Virus record (IMG/VR): IMGVR_UViG_3300043464_002149
Source of the DNA: a virus
Taxonomy: Duplodnaviria; Caudoviricetes
Reading direction: 5' to 3' (one strand)
DNA length: 64,000 nucleotides
Under the pieces are notes generated by a model. That model had not been told where the DNA came from and made no database searches. It saw nothing but the letters and a program-made list of their open reading frames with translations. A program made the position numbers and the translations under genes. Positions within the stretch are counted from its first letter, which is position 1, and the number at the start of each line of letters is the position of its first letter. Of this stretch, positions 40,056-48,505 are shown one piece after another.

Positions 40056-40991
40056 TTAAATAAATATCTGTTTAATCTGATTTATTACCAATCTCTCAAC
40101 TTCTTTAAATGGTAGATTGTATTTGATTGCGTTTTCTTGAATTGCTTTATCTAAATCTTGAGATTCCAATAATTCTAAAACATTTTTATCCCCTTGATTA
40201 CAGTATGGGAATTTTTTACATTTATCAGCTATTTTAACAAACTTACCACCTGGACCGCCCCACTTCGGAAAATTTTTGTCTTTAACTGCCCTTCCTTTAT
40301 AAATCGTATCTGGGCCACCAATACTTAATGGGTTTTTTCTACCTTTTGTACCACCAAATAAAGGAACATCATATGAACCAGAAGAACTACCATCAGTTAC
40401 TTCGTCAATCTCTTGTTCTTGTTCGGTCATATTATGTATCTTGGTTATATGTTTCTTTTTAATAACTTGACCAAAAGCTGGAGCGCTATAAGCACCAGAT
40501 GAATCACCACCTGTCATTTCTTTCGCTTCTATTTTTTTCTTTTTACCCTGACAATGTGCTTTCTGGCTAAATCCTTTAGGGTTATTACAGTCAATCGAAT
40601 CTTTATATTTTTTAGTCCACTTTTCGTTCATTTCTTCTCTATTTGAAAGGTCAACAACCCATAATTTAGGGTTTATTCCGTTTTTAATTAGACCAGCTAA
40701 TCTAGTGTTACCACCCAATAAATCATAATCATCTTCAGAAAACTTTACAACAATCGGAATTTCAATTCTACCTTTTTCAAAATCCCTTTCAAATCTATCT
40801 TTCTTTTCTTGTTCTAAAGAATCATAATCTAAATTAACGTTGTTTAAAACGTCTTTAATCTTTTCGTAATTAGTTATAACAAAATTTTGACTAGCGAGTT
40901 CAAGCCAACCTTTTCTCCCCATCTCTTCGAATTCAGGATAACGAGCCGCTTCATACCACTCCCTATTAAAATTAGGTTTTACATATTTCAT
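40056..40991 (-). CDS. ParB/Srx-like N-terminal domain protein with phage DCxNPKGFSQKAHC motif
   Basis: IPIVVK....DLLGGNTRL is ParB-like; KYKDSIDCNNPKGFSQKAHC motif. Confidence 0.55.
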   Translation of the reverse strand: MKYVKPNFNREWYEAARYPEFEEMGRKGWLELASQNFVITNYEKIKDVLNNVNLDYDSLEQEKKDRFERDFEKGRIEIPIVVKFSEDDYDLLGGNTRLAGLIKNGINPKLWVVDLSNREEMNEKWTKKYKDSIDCNNPKGFSQKAHCQGKKKKIEAKEMTGGDSSGAYSAPAFGQVIKKKHITKIHNMTEQEQEIDEVTDGSSSGSYDVPLFGGTKGRKNPLSIGGPDTIYKGRAVKDKNFPKWGGPGGKFVKIADKCKKFPYCNQGDKNVLELLESQDLDKAIQENAIKYNLPFKEVERLVINQIKQIFI

Positions 40992-41230
40992 TACTTAACG
41001 TTCTTTAATGCACTAACCCAGAAGTTATTTCTGGTCCATAAAGTTTTATATAGTTCAACAACAACTTTAGTGGCTAGATCAACGATCTTATCATCTATTT
41101 TTTTTGTACCTAATTCTTTTTGAATTATCTTAACCACAATGTCATTAGCCTTGGTTGTATCAAGGAAATCTTTAATCTCCTTTTTTACAATCTTTTCAAT
41201 CTCTTTTTTATCATCATTTGTTAATGCCAT
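40991..41230 (-). CDS. hypothetical protein
   Basis: 79-aa ORF coupled to the next gene. Confidence 0.65.
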   Translation of the reverse strand: MALTNDDKKEIEKIVKKEIKDFLDTTKANDIVVKIIQKELGTKKIDDKIVDLATKVVVELYKTLWTRNNFWVSALKNVK

Positions 41231-41232
41231 TG

Positions 41233-41718
41233 TTAGTTATTTTTTCTATTGTTCATTATTTCAATTACAACATCTTCAAACGTATGTTGGAATTTTTCCA
41301 ATTTGCTAATTGTCTCAACAGTTTCAGCCTCAATTTTTAGCATATTAGCATTTAAATATAAACCTCTTTCGTTACCAGCAATAAGAACAAAACTTAAATC
41401 ATTTTCAATGGTACCATCAAGTCTAACTGAATCAACATAAACATTAAAACCTTCTTCAAAATTGGCTAGCTCACTTACTTGTGACTTAAAATTCTGTATT
41501 AATTGATTTAATGATCCTTTTTCTTCTTCAGACAACGAAAGGTCTTCTTGATCTGTACTATGGATTTTTACTTCCACATTATCGTTAAGAACAAGGTTAA
41601 ATAATTTTTCATCTTCTTCTTTTAGGATGCTCTTTGATTTTACATTTTCATTAAGATTTCTCATTGTATTGAGCATCTTTTTTATAGAATCATATCCTGG
41701 GTTCTGTTTGTGTAACAT
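41233..41718 (-). CDS. hypothetical protein
   Basis: First ATG at 41718; the track start at 41727 is TTG. Confidence 0.65.
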   Translation of the reverse strand: MLHKQNPGYDSIKKMLNTMRNLNENVKSKSILKEEDEKLFNLVLNDNVEVKIHSTDQEDLSLSEEEKGSLNQLIQNFKSQVSELANFEEGFNVYVDSVRLDGTIENDLSFVLIAGNERGLYLNANMLKIEAETVETISKLEKFQHTFEDVVIEIMNNRKNN

Positions 41719-42313
41719 TTTCTTCAAATATATTAAAATTAAACGATGGGTTTATATCTGTATAAATATCGGAGAAATTCGATTTACTGACTATTCCATT
41801 GAAGTTTTTAGCGTTCTCGAAGAATCCGGAAGATGGGACAGATTGATAAGGTATATCATAATGAGCACAAAGTAACAAACATAGGTCTGCTAATGCGTTT
41901 AATTGCTCTTTTGAATAGGTGTCCCAGTAGAAATACCCTCTCCAACCTCTTAGATGTGGTTCCCCTCTAAAAATGTCGTTAATCCAGTTACTGTAGGTTC
42001 CCATGATGGTGTTCTTGTTTAACCACCCTAGATTTTCAATAGCAATTTTGATTTGTTTTCTATCAACAGAGCTTTCACCAAAGGTTTTGGTCATGTAATC
42101 AGGCTCAATTAATTTGTAGATTTTACCAGTTTTGGTGATACAAAAATGAGGTATATCCTCATACTTTCCTTCCCTTCGGTATTTTAACATCTTAATAAAA
42201 TCGTCAATTCTCCTTTTGGTATCATAAAGAAGAATTTGGGTTTTATTATATTTTTTCTTTTTGTGATTTAAGTTTTTTAAATCAAAAGCTTCTGCGCCTA
42301 GAATTTCTAACAT
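41690..42313 (-). CDS. N-acetylmuramoyl-L-alanine amidase (Amidase_2)-like protein, Zn ligands apparently degenerate
   Basis: PHFCITKTGKIYKL, IAIENLGWL, YSKEQLNALADL...YDIP; LLYDT and SKSN sit where HxT and SH normally occur. Confidence 0.7.
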   Translation of the reverse strand: MLEILGAEAFDLKNLNHKKKKYNKTQILLYDTKRRIDDFIKMLKYRREGKYEDIPHFCITKTGKIYKLIEPDYMTKTFGESSVDRKQIKIAIENLGWLNKNTIMGTYSNWINDIFRGEPHLRGWRGYFYWDTYSKEQLNALADLCLLLCAHYDIPYQSVPSSGFFENAKNFNGIVSKSNFSDIYTDINPSFNFNIFEENVTQTEPRI

Positions 42314-42617
42314 TTCTTTGGAATGTTTTATTGCTTATTATTGGTTGCGATTCTTCTATATTTCCATCTTCCCAATATAAATCATCCGGCGTATCGCTTG
42401 GCGTAGCTGAAGGAGTAAACGTCTCTGTTGGCGTTTCTGTTGGGGTTTCTGTTACAGTTTCTGTCGGTGTAGGCGTTGGTGTAACAGTTTCTGTTGGTGT
42501 TGGTGTGGGGGTGCTAGTCTCTGTTGGACTAGGTGTTGGCGTCTCAGTCGGTGTTGAAGTTGGTATTAAATCGGGGGTAGACTGAGGTGTTTCTGTAATA
42601 AAAAGTGTCGTTATGAT
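42282..42617 (-). other. Met-less Pro/Thr-rich reading frame reachable by -1 slip from 42611..43783
   Basis: After TTA AAA AAA AAA the -1 frame reads IITTLFITETPQSTPDLIPTSTPTETPTPSPTE...DDLYWEDG...RNSRRRSF* (111 aa, TGA at 42282-42284). Confidence 0.7.
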
Positions 42618-43783
42618 TTTTTTTTTAAGTCATCATCCTCGTCTTCCTGGATATGATCTCGCCAAAAACTATCATTATTTATCTCTTGAAATTCCTCTTC
42701 TCTAGGTATTGAATTGTCAATATTATATTTCTGCACTTCTTCAACAGCTTCAAACGGTACTGGCACAGTTTCTTCCGGTTCAGTAACCTCCTGTCCTTCA
42801 TAAACCTCAATAGTGTCTTGGACAGTATTTTCCGTATTTAGATCTATAGCGTAAAAATTTTGTTGTTCTTCCTCTTCGGTTGGTTCTATTGTAGAAACAA
42901 TCTCATCGTCTGTATCAAGTTTTCTTTCATATTCATCTTGATTCATTTCCATGACTTCTTCATCTGATAATGCTGGAACAATAGTTTCAACTTCATCTTT
43001 TACTAATGGATTATCAAATGGTTCATTATATAAACCTAATTCTTCATCTAATCTCATCATTTCACTGAGGATCTCATCTATTTTTTCTTTAGATGGTGTT
43101 TCATTTACTTTAGGTTGTTCTTGAACATTTTCTTTATATTTTTTGGCAGCTGCTTTTAACGCATCGTTAGGCTCAGGTGGATTTTCAAAATATCTTTGTA
43201 GAATTTCTAAATCTCTTTCGGTTAATTTAAGCCTAGCAGATTCATCAGCAAGATCAGCATTAATTATATTGTCTTGTATTTGTTTATCAATACTAGGTTT
43301 AACATCTTCTTTTAATCTGTCTTCTTCTGTAAATTTAACTAACATATGTAAGAATGATAATGAAATCATCGGTAACATACCGCCAGCAAATAATGCTAAA
43401 AATCTTTTGTGACCAACAAGATTTGTTGGTTCTACACCCATGAACTCTAACAATGGTGCAACAAGGTCTACCCAATCTTTAAATGATTGTGAATTAATAT
43501 CAATAAATGAATAAGCAAAAAATATGTTTCCAATAAACTGAACCAAAGTAACAATAGCAAATGGGAAGTAAACCTTTCTACCCATGTCAGCAGATATTGC
43601 AGCTAATGCTGATAACGCAGCTATTTCAATACCAATAGATAGGTATAATGCCCAACTTACTGGGTTTGAAATACCGTACCATATTGTAACGTGTGATATT
43701 GAAACTATCGCCACGGTAATGATAGGTACTAAAAACGCTGTTATAATTAGCGTTTTATAATTTTTGTTTATCCAATTTTTCAT
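42611..43783 (-). CDS. multi-pass membrane protein with long acidic C-terminal tail
   Basis: About four hydrophobic helices in the first ~150 aa, then an acidic low-complexity tail; ends in an A10 run. Confidence 0.75.
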   Translation of the reverse strand: MKNWINKNYKTLIITAFLVPIITVAIVSISHVTIWYGISNPVSWALYLSIGIEIAALSALAAISADMGRKVYFPFAIVTLVQFIGNIFFAYSFIDINSQSFKDWVDLVAPLLEFMGVEPTNLVGHKRFLALFAGGMLPMISLSFLHMLVKFTEEDRLKEDVKPSIDKQIQDNIINADLADESARLKLTERDLEILQRYFENPPEPNDALKAAAKKYKENVQEQPKVNETPSKEKIDEILSEMMRLDEELGLYNEPFDNPLVKDEVETIVPALSDEEVMEMNQDEYERKLDTDDEIVSTIEPTEEEEQQNFYAIDLNTENTVQDTIEVYEGQEVTEPEETVPVPFEAVEEVQKYNIDNSIPREEEFQEINNDSFWRDHIQEDEDDDLKKKS

Positions 43784-43784
43784 A

Positions 43785-44078
43785 TTAATATTTACCCAAC
43801 TCTTTTGTCAATGTTGTTATTTCCTCATCAATTTTTGTTTGACGTTGAACATCTAACATTTTTCTGTCGGTCGCCTGGATCATTCTTTTTTCAGACTTAA
43901 GCCCTTCGATTTGTAAAACAATATTCAATTCTTTCTTTGTGTATGTCGAATCTTTAATTGTTTTAATCTCGTTTTTTATTTTAGTTATCTCTCTAGTATC
44001 ACTACATCCTTTAAAGAATGTTAATAAAGTGATGGCTAATACAATAACAGTAAAATTCGATTCAATAAACTTTTTCAT
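43785..44078 (-). CDS. signal-anchored or lipoprotein-like coiled-coil protein
   Basis: Hydrophobic N-terminus ending FFKGC, followed by a predicted coiled coil. Confidence 0.6.
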   Translation of the reverse strand: MKKFIESNFTVIVLAITLLTFFKGCSDTREITKIKNEIKTIKDSTYTKKELNIVLQIEGLKSEKRMIQATDRKMLDVQRQTKIDEEITTLTKELGKY

Positions 44079-44080
44079 TT

Positions 44081-44890
44081 TTATAAATATTTTAAGAGAG
44101 AAAAGCTTTCATTTCTAAGCTTTTTTATTGCTTTATCTTTTAGTTGTCTAATTCTTTCTTTAGTGCAACCAAATTCTTCACCCAGGTCGTCTAAATTCTT
44201 TTCAGTACCTGTTAAACCAAAATAACCTTCAATAATTGCGCTCTCTCTTTCATCCAAGAAAGACATCATGTACTTGATTCTATGTTTTAGATCCTCAGCA
44301 CTATTAGCCATATCTTCAGGAGACGTAGCGTTTGGGTTTGCAATTATTTCAAGTAATGTGTCACCTTCTTCATTTATTTCTCTAAATAAATCAATAGTGG
44401 TTGGAATCCCTGTCAATGGAACTTCTCTGTACTCAAGATAAAAACCATCTTCATTTGATGCTTCTTCTTTTTTCTGTCTTTGTGCTTCTTGAATTACATT
44501 TGATGGAATTCTTATTGTTCTAGCATACTCATTCAATGAATAAAGTATTTGTTGTTTTATCCACCAAACAGCATATGAAATAAATTTAAAGCCCGATGTG
44601 ATATCATAACGTTCAATCGCTTTGATTAATCCTATGTTACCTTCGGAAATTAAATCCGAAACATCAAGACCTTGATTTTGATATGTCTTAGCAATTGAAA
44701 TTACGAATCTTAAATTACCCTTGACAACCTCATCGGTTAATTTCTGTCGCTCCGATTTCGATAAATTCTTTTCTTTGAGTTTGAGAAAAATTTCATTTTC
44801 TCTCTCATGAGTTATCACTGGGATTTTTTTGAGATCTTTGATGTAATAGTTGATCTCATCTGTTCTTACGATTGGAGCGGTCTTTTTCAT
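44081..44890 (-). CDS. RNA polymerase sigma-70 family factor (regions 1.2-4)
   Basis: GNLRFVISIAK, DLISEGNIGLIKAIERYD...FKFISYAVWWIKQ, RTIRIP, region 4 HTH LDDLGEEFGCTKERIRQ. Confidence 0.93.
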   Translation of the reverse strand: MKKTAPIVRTDEINYYIKDLKKIPVITHERENEIFLKLKEKNLSKSERQKLTDEVVKGNLRFVISIAKTYQNQGLDVSDLISEGNIGLIKAIERYDITSGFKFISYAVWWIKQQILYSLNEYARTIRIPSNVIQEAQRQKKEEASNEDGFYLEYREVPLTGIPTTIDLFREINEEGDTLLEIIANPNATSPEDMANSAEDLKHRIKYMMSFLDERESAIIEGYFGLTGTEKNLDDLGEEFGCTKERIRQLKDKAIKKLRNESFSLLKYL

Positions 44891-44936
44891 TTGTTAAAAG
44901 TAAAAGGTTTGTTTAGCTAAAATAAACAAAAAAAAC

Positions 44937-45377
44937 CTATTTACCAAATTCATCAAGAAATTTTTTTTCATCTTCCGTTAAACTCTCCATTCCTTGATCT
45001 TGTATCTTTTCTAAAATGTCATCTAATTCAAACTTTTTGTTTAACTTTCTAATTGAAACCTTAAACGCATCGTGTGAGGAATTTTGTGGTTTGAAAATGA
45101 ATTCCCTAAGTGCTTCTGGTATTTCGGCCCAAAAAACATTCTCCTTTTCAAAAATAAAATAAAATCTAATATGTTCTAAATCTAGAAGCTTTTTTAAGTC
45201 TTCTATAAGGGTTTCTTTATCTTTTTCGCTGTCAAAAATAATGATACAGTTTCCGAGGCTTTCTATGACATACTTGACCCCTGATTCTGAAACCTGAGTA
45301 AAATGTTCCATGCAGAAGAATTCTAAGTCTTCATGATCCTCAAACGCCCCATATATAAAGAGTATGTATGATTTCAT
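44937..45377 (-). CDS. hypothetical protein with C-terminal DUF6576-like helix pair
   Basis: ELDDILEKIQDQGMESLTEDEKKFL. Confidence 0.55.
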   Translation of the reverse strand: MKSYILFIYGAFEDHEDLEFFCMEHFTQVSESGVKYVIESLGNCIIIFDSEKDKETLIEDLKKLLDLEHIRFYFIFEKENVFWAEIPEALREFIFKPQNSSHDAFKVSIRKLNKKFELDDILEKIQDQGMESLTEDEKKFLDEFGK

Positions 45378-45410
45378 AGTTAACGATAGGTAATATAAAA
45401 TGAAATAAAA

Positions 45411-46058
45411 CTATTTCTTTTTCTTTAGGTTTATCTTCCAATAAACCCCACCACCAACATATGGCTGAAATTCACCAGTTAAACCGTTCACAACCGTGTT
45501 ATTAACCCCAGCTGATACTTTGTATAATCTATCGTTTTTATCCTTTAAAATAAAGCCTAAACCCATTAATCTCACAACATTAAGCCTGTCAAAGTTTGCA
45601 TCAAACCCAAAGTACATTTGAGTTTTTTTGGGCTCCAGGGTGTAAATCGTGTCTTTAACTACTTTTTGTTTAACTTTTGCATCAAAACTCCTAGACAAAA
45701 CTTTATTTTCACTAATGGTTTCTTTTAATTCAATAACACCTAAACCGTTAGGTAATGTTAAATTATCATTAGTTTCAACTTTTGCATAGTAATTCTTAAG
45801 AATTGCTGCACTATCTACAGAGATTAGTACGGTGTCGTGTACAGCATATGGTATTTGAACTTCATATGGTACATCAACTTCGACCTCAACCAGTGAATCA
45901 ACGAAAATGGTATCATGCACTGGATAAGGTACAGAGTCAATTATTTGATGGTACTTAGTTCTATTGGGGATTATTCCTTTTGGGTTAATTGCTACAATAG
46001 CTGTTGTTGCTATTAATAGTATTATAATAATATTCCTAATATCTAAGTATTTTTTCAT
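45411..46058 (-). CDS. membrane-anchored protein with PVHDT repeats
   Basis: N-terminal TM; VPYPVHDT/IPYAVHDT; beta-rich C-terminus ending GGGVYWKI. Confidence 0.6.
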   Translation of the reverse strand: MKKYLDIRNIIIILLIATTAIVAINPKGIIPNRTKYHQIIDSVPYPVHDTIFVDSLVEVEVDVPYEVQIPYAVHDTVLISVDSAAILKNYYAKVETNDNLTLPNGLGVIELKETISENKVLSRSFDAKVKQKVVKDTIYTLEPKKTQMYFGFDANFDRLNVVRLMGLGFILKDKNDRLYKVSAGVNNTVVNGLTGEFQPYVGGGVYWKINLKKKK

Positions 46059-46059
46059 T

Positions 46060-46476
46060 TTATTTAAGTAATAACATTGAAGTTGCGATTATCCCAACAA
46101 AAGAACCAACCTTATATAAAAAGGTCTTTCTTCTTTGTCCTTTTAGTTCTTTTAATAAACTTTCCGATTTAGATCTTTCTAAGTCAAATTGTTGATCTTT
46201 TTTGGTGATAATCAATTCAAGATTAGAAATCTTTTGATCTTTAAGTGTGTCTTTTTGTTTAAACAAACCTATTTGTTCGTCCTTAAGACCGATAACCTTA
46301 TTTAATTCCTTGATTTCCTCAACTGCGCCATCACCTTTTATTAAATCTTTAATTACCAGTTTTGCAACAGGTACCTTTAAAGGAACTAAAGTATCAATAT
46401 TGGTCTTTGTAACGGTCTGTGAAAAACTTTTCAAGGTCACTAAAGTTATAATTGTTAACAGAATCAATTTTTTCAT
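46060..46476 (-). CDS. signal-peptide coiled-coil protein with C-terminal TM (spanin-like candidate)
   Basis: MKKLILLTII...SFSQ signal, coiled coil, C-terminal hydrophobic segment. Confidence 0.5.
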   Translation of the reverse strand: MKKLILLTIITLVTLKSFSQTVTKTNIDTLVPLKVPVAKLVIKDLIKGDGAVEEIKELNKVIGLKDEQIGLFKQKDTLKDQKISNLELIITKKDQQFDLERSKSESLLKELKGQRRKTFLYKVGSFVGIIATSMLLLK

Positions 46477-46738
46477 GTGTTTGTGTTTTAATAATTGTTA
46501 TGTTTTTACTAACGTTATTGATGTCTCCATCAAGATTATCGATTTCCTTATCGATAGTTAAAATTTGTTGGGTTAAAGCTGTGTTTACGTCTTGTATAGA
46601 ATCAATTTCAGTTTGAATCGAATCTATCTTAGCATTATATCCAGCAACATCAGTTCTGATACTGTGACCTTGAAAAATGCTATAAGCGGCCAAACAAACT
46701 ATAATACCCAATAAAATGTTTTGTTTATTAATTTTCAT
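46394..46738 (-). CDS. N-terminal TM plus coiled-coil protein (i-spanin-like candidate)
   Basis: ATG at 46738 (MKINKQNILLGII); heptad IDSIQTEIDSIQDVN. Confidence 0.55.
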   Translation of the reverse strand: MKINKQNILLGIIVCLAAYSIFQGHSIRTDVAGYNAKIDSIQTEIDSIQDVNTALTQQILTIDKEIDNLDGDINNVSKNITIIKTQTHEKIDSVNNYNFSDLEKFFTDRYKDQY

Positions 46739-46766
46739 ATATAATAGCTTTCTATATAAATACAAA

Positions 46767-46787
46767 GAGGTCGCAAAAAGCGACCTC
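46767..46787 (-). terminator. GC-rich hairpin, probable terminator
   Basis: GAGGTCGC-N5-GCGACCTC perfect 8-bp stem with only a short T tract after it. Confidence 0.6.
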
Positions 46788-46813
46788 AAGTAAGACCTTG
46801 TGATTAGTTATTG

Positions 46814-47581
46814 TTAGTATTTTGTTCCGCAGTGTGGACAGAACTTATGGTTATCTTTTTTACGTTTCGCACCACACTCTGTGCAATAAACGACCAAATC
46901 CTCTATAACAAGCGGTCTGGTTGATTGTGGTTTAATTTTCCACCAATTCGTCTGAAATGGGAAAGTATAAAATGACGAGTTATCATATGTGAATGATTGA
47001 CTTGAATTTGATCCCTTTTCCACTCTACCAGTTTCAAGGCTCCTTAATGAGTTTGTGTTAACAGTCCCACTAGTTAACGAAGTGTTGTAAAAGGTACTTG
47101 TACTTGATGTGGTAAATGTTGCGTTACCATAATAAGGACTACCGGTTGTTGTGCTTCCCCAACCAAAATTTGGATTATTAATTGTTACAGTACCACTATT
47201 AAAATTATATGATGATGTTTTTACCTCATCATAGAATTTAACAACCACATCACCATTATTAGCAATAGCTTGTTGTACTTCCTCATTATTCCCATTTACA
47301 ACGTATGTTTCAAACAAAAACTTCTTTGCCTCATCAAGGTATCTTTCGAGGAATACGCGTTCACCAGGACGAAGAATAATACCATTACCGATGGAATTAC
47401 CGTTCATCTCGATTTTTGCTAAAACTTTATTTTGTGTGGGATTGTAAAGTTCGATTTCGAACTCATCACCGTTGTTAAGATATACGGTGTCAATGTGCTG
47501 TTTTAATCTTTGTTTACCTTTGGTAATGAAAGATTGTGGCACAGCAAAACCAGTTGTGTTAACTGAAATTCTTCTGTTCAT
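46814..47581 (-). CDS. hypothetical protein with C-terminal zinc ribbon
   Basis: CTECG...FCPHCG at the C-terminus; N-terminal beta domain (FEIELYNP, LRPGERVFLERYLD); S/T/N-rich linker. Confidence 0.75.
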   Translation of the reverse strand: MNRRISVNTTGFAVPQSFITKGKQRLKQHIDTVYLNNGDEFEIELYNPTQNKVLAKIEMNGNSIGNGIILRPGERVFLERYLDEAKKFLFETYVVNGNNEEVQQAIANNGDVVVKFYDEVKTSSYNFNSGTVTINNPNFGWGSTTTGSPYYGNATFTTSSTSTFYNTSLTSGTVNTNSLRSLETGRVEKGSNSSQSFTYDNSSFYTFPFQTNWWKIKPQSTRPLVIEDLVVYCTECGAKRKKDNHKFCPHCGTKY

Positions 47582-47589
47582 TTCCTTAT

Positions 47590-47680
47590 ATTTTTTTTGT
47601 ATTTGAACCCGAATTCGCTGGTATCAATTCCAACTCAAATGCCACAAGGACACTTCCGATTCAACCACAAGGTCTAATAA
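47590..47680 (-). ncRNA. candidate structured 5' leader RNA
   Basis: Minus-strand hairpin AUUUGAGUU/GGUUCAAAU plus GAAUU/AAUUC with G-U pairs; GC-richer than the surrounding intergenic DNA. Confidence 0.4.
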
Positions 47681-47698
47681 TAAGTATATAAAAAACAT

Positions 47699-47730
47699 AA
47701 AAAAAAGGAAAGTTAAAAACCTTCCTTTTT
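47699..47730 (-). terminator. intrinsic terminator after clpP
   Basis: AAAAAGGAAGGTT-TTT-AACTTTCCTTTTTTT; the G-U pair fits the minus strand. Confidence 0.8.
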
Positions 47731-47755
47731 AAAAAAAAACGTGAATACAACTAAC

Positions 47756-48430
47756 CTATTTTTTCTTTTTAACAATTTCATCAATAATACCGTATGCTAA
47801 TGCATCTTCAGCAGATAACCACAAATCTCTAGATGCGTCTTGCATTACTTGCTTTCCATCCTTATCACAATAACCACCCAATAAATCAAAAAGTAAATTA
47901 TTAAGTTTTTCCCATTCAATCATATCGATCTTAGCATCTTGAATGTTCCCGTGAAATCCACCACTGGATTGATGCAACATGGTTCTAGAAAATCTAAGAG
48001 ACCCTCTTTTACCTTTTGTTCCGGCGCCTAATAAAATAGACCCCATCGAAGCTGCCATTCCTGTATTAATTGTTCTAATATCAGATGTAATGTATTCCAT
48101 AACATCAACCATTGATAGACCAGATTTAACTGAACCACCTGGGCTGTCAATGTGCATGGTAATATCATTATTATCTAAACTATCCAAGAACATTAACTGA
48201 GCTTGAACAACAGTTGACATGTGATCGTTTACCTCACCTGCCACCCAGATAATTCTTTCCATCATTAATCTACTGAACACATCCATTACTGTTACATTCA
48301 ATGATCTTTCCTCAAGAATGTATGGTGTTAAACTGCTCTCAATATTTTTATTGAAATTGTGTAAGTCTAAAGAAGAGATTCCTCTATCTTTCGCATAAAG
48401 ACCAAAATGTCTTAAATCTTTTTGATTCAT
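47756..48430 (-). CDS. clpP: ATP-dependent Clp protease proteolytic subunit
   Basis: DVFSRLMMERII, IDSPGGSV, catalytic Ser in GMAASMGS, His in MLHQ, Asp in RDLWLSAEDA..YGIIDEI. Confidence 0.95.
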   Translation of the reverse strand: MNQKDLRHFGLYAKDRGISSLDLHNFNKNIESSLTPYILEERSLNVTVMDVFSRLMMERIIWVAGEVNDHMSTVVQAQLMFLDSLDNNDITMHIDSPGGSVKSGLSMVDVMEYITSDIRTINTGMAASMGSILLGAGTKGKRGSLRFSRTMLHQSSGGFHGNIQDAKIDMIEWEKLNNLLFDLLGGYCDKDGKQVMQDASRDLWLSAEDALAYGIIDEIVKKKK

Positions 48431-48455
48431 ATAATTAGTATTTCAACTGTATAAG

Positions 48456-48463
48456 CAAATATA
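48456..48463 (-). promoter_or_regulatory. Bacteroidota-type -7 promoter element TAnnTTTG
   Basis: TATATTTG on the minus strand 25 nt upstream of clpP; no correctly spaced -33 element found. Confidence 0.4.
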
Positions 48464-48505
48464 GTTAAAAGTGACCAATAAAAAAAACAATATTGTAAAA
48501 TATTT

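Noticed and set aside
42331-42585. Plus-strand 84-aa GVSV-rich ORF
   Set aside because: Antisense shadow of the minus-strand PT-rich -1 frame.
44895-44940. Imperfect hairpin upstream of the sigma gene
   Set aside because: AT-rich, bulged stem with no downstream U-tract; too weak to call.
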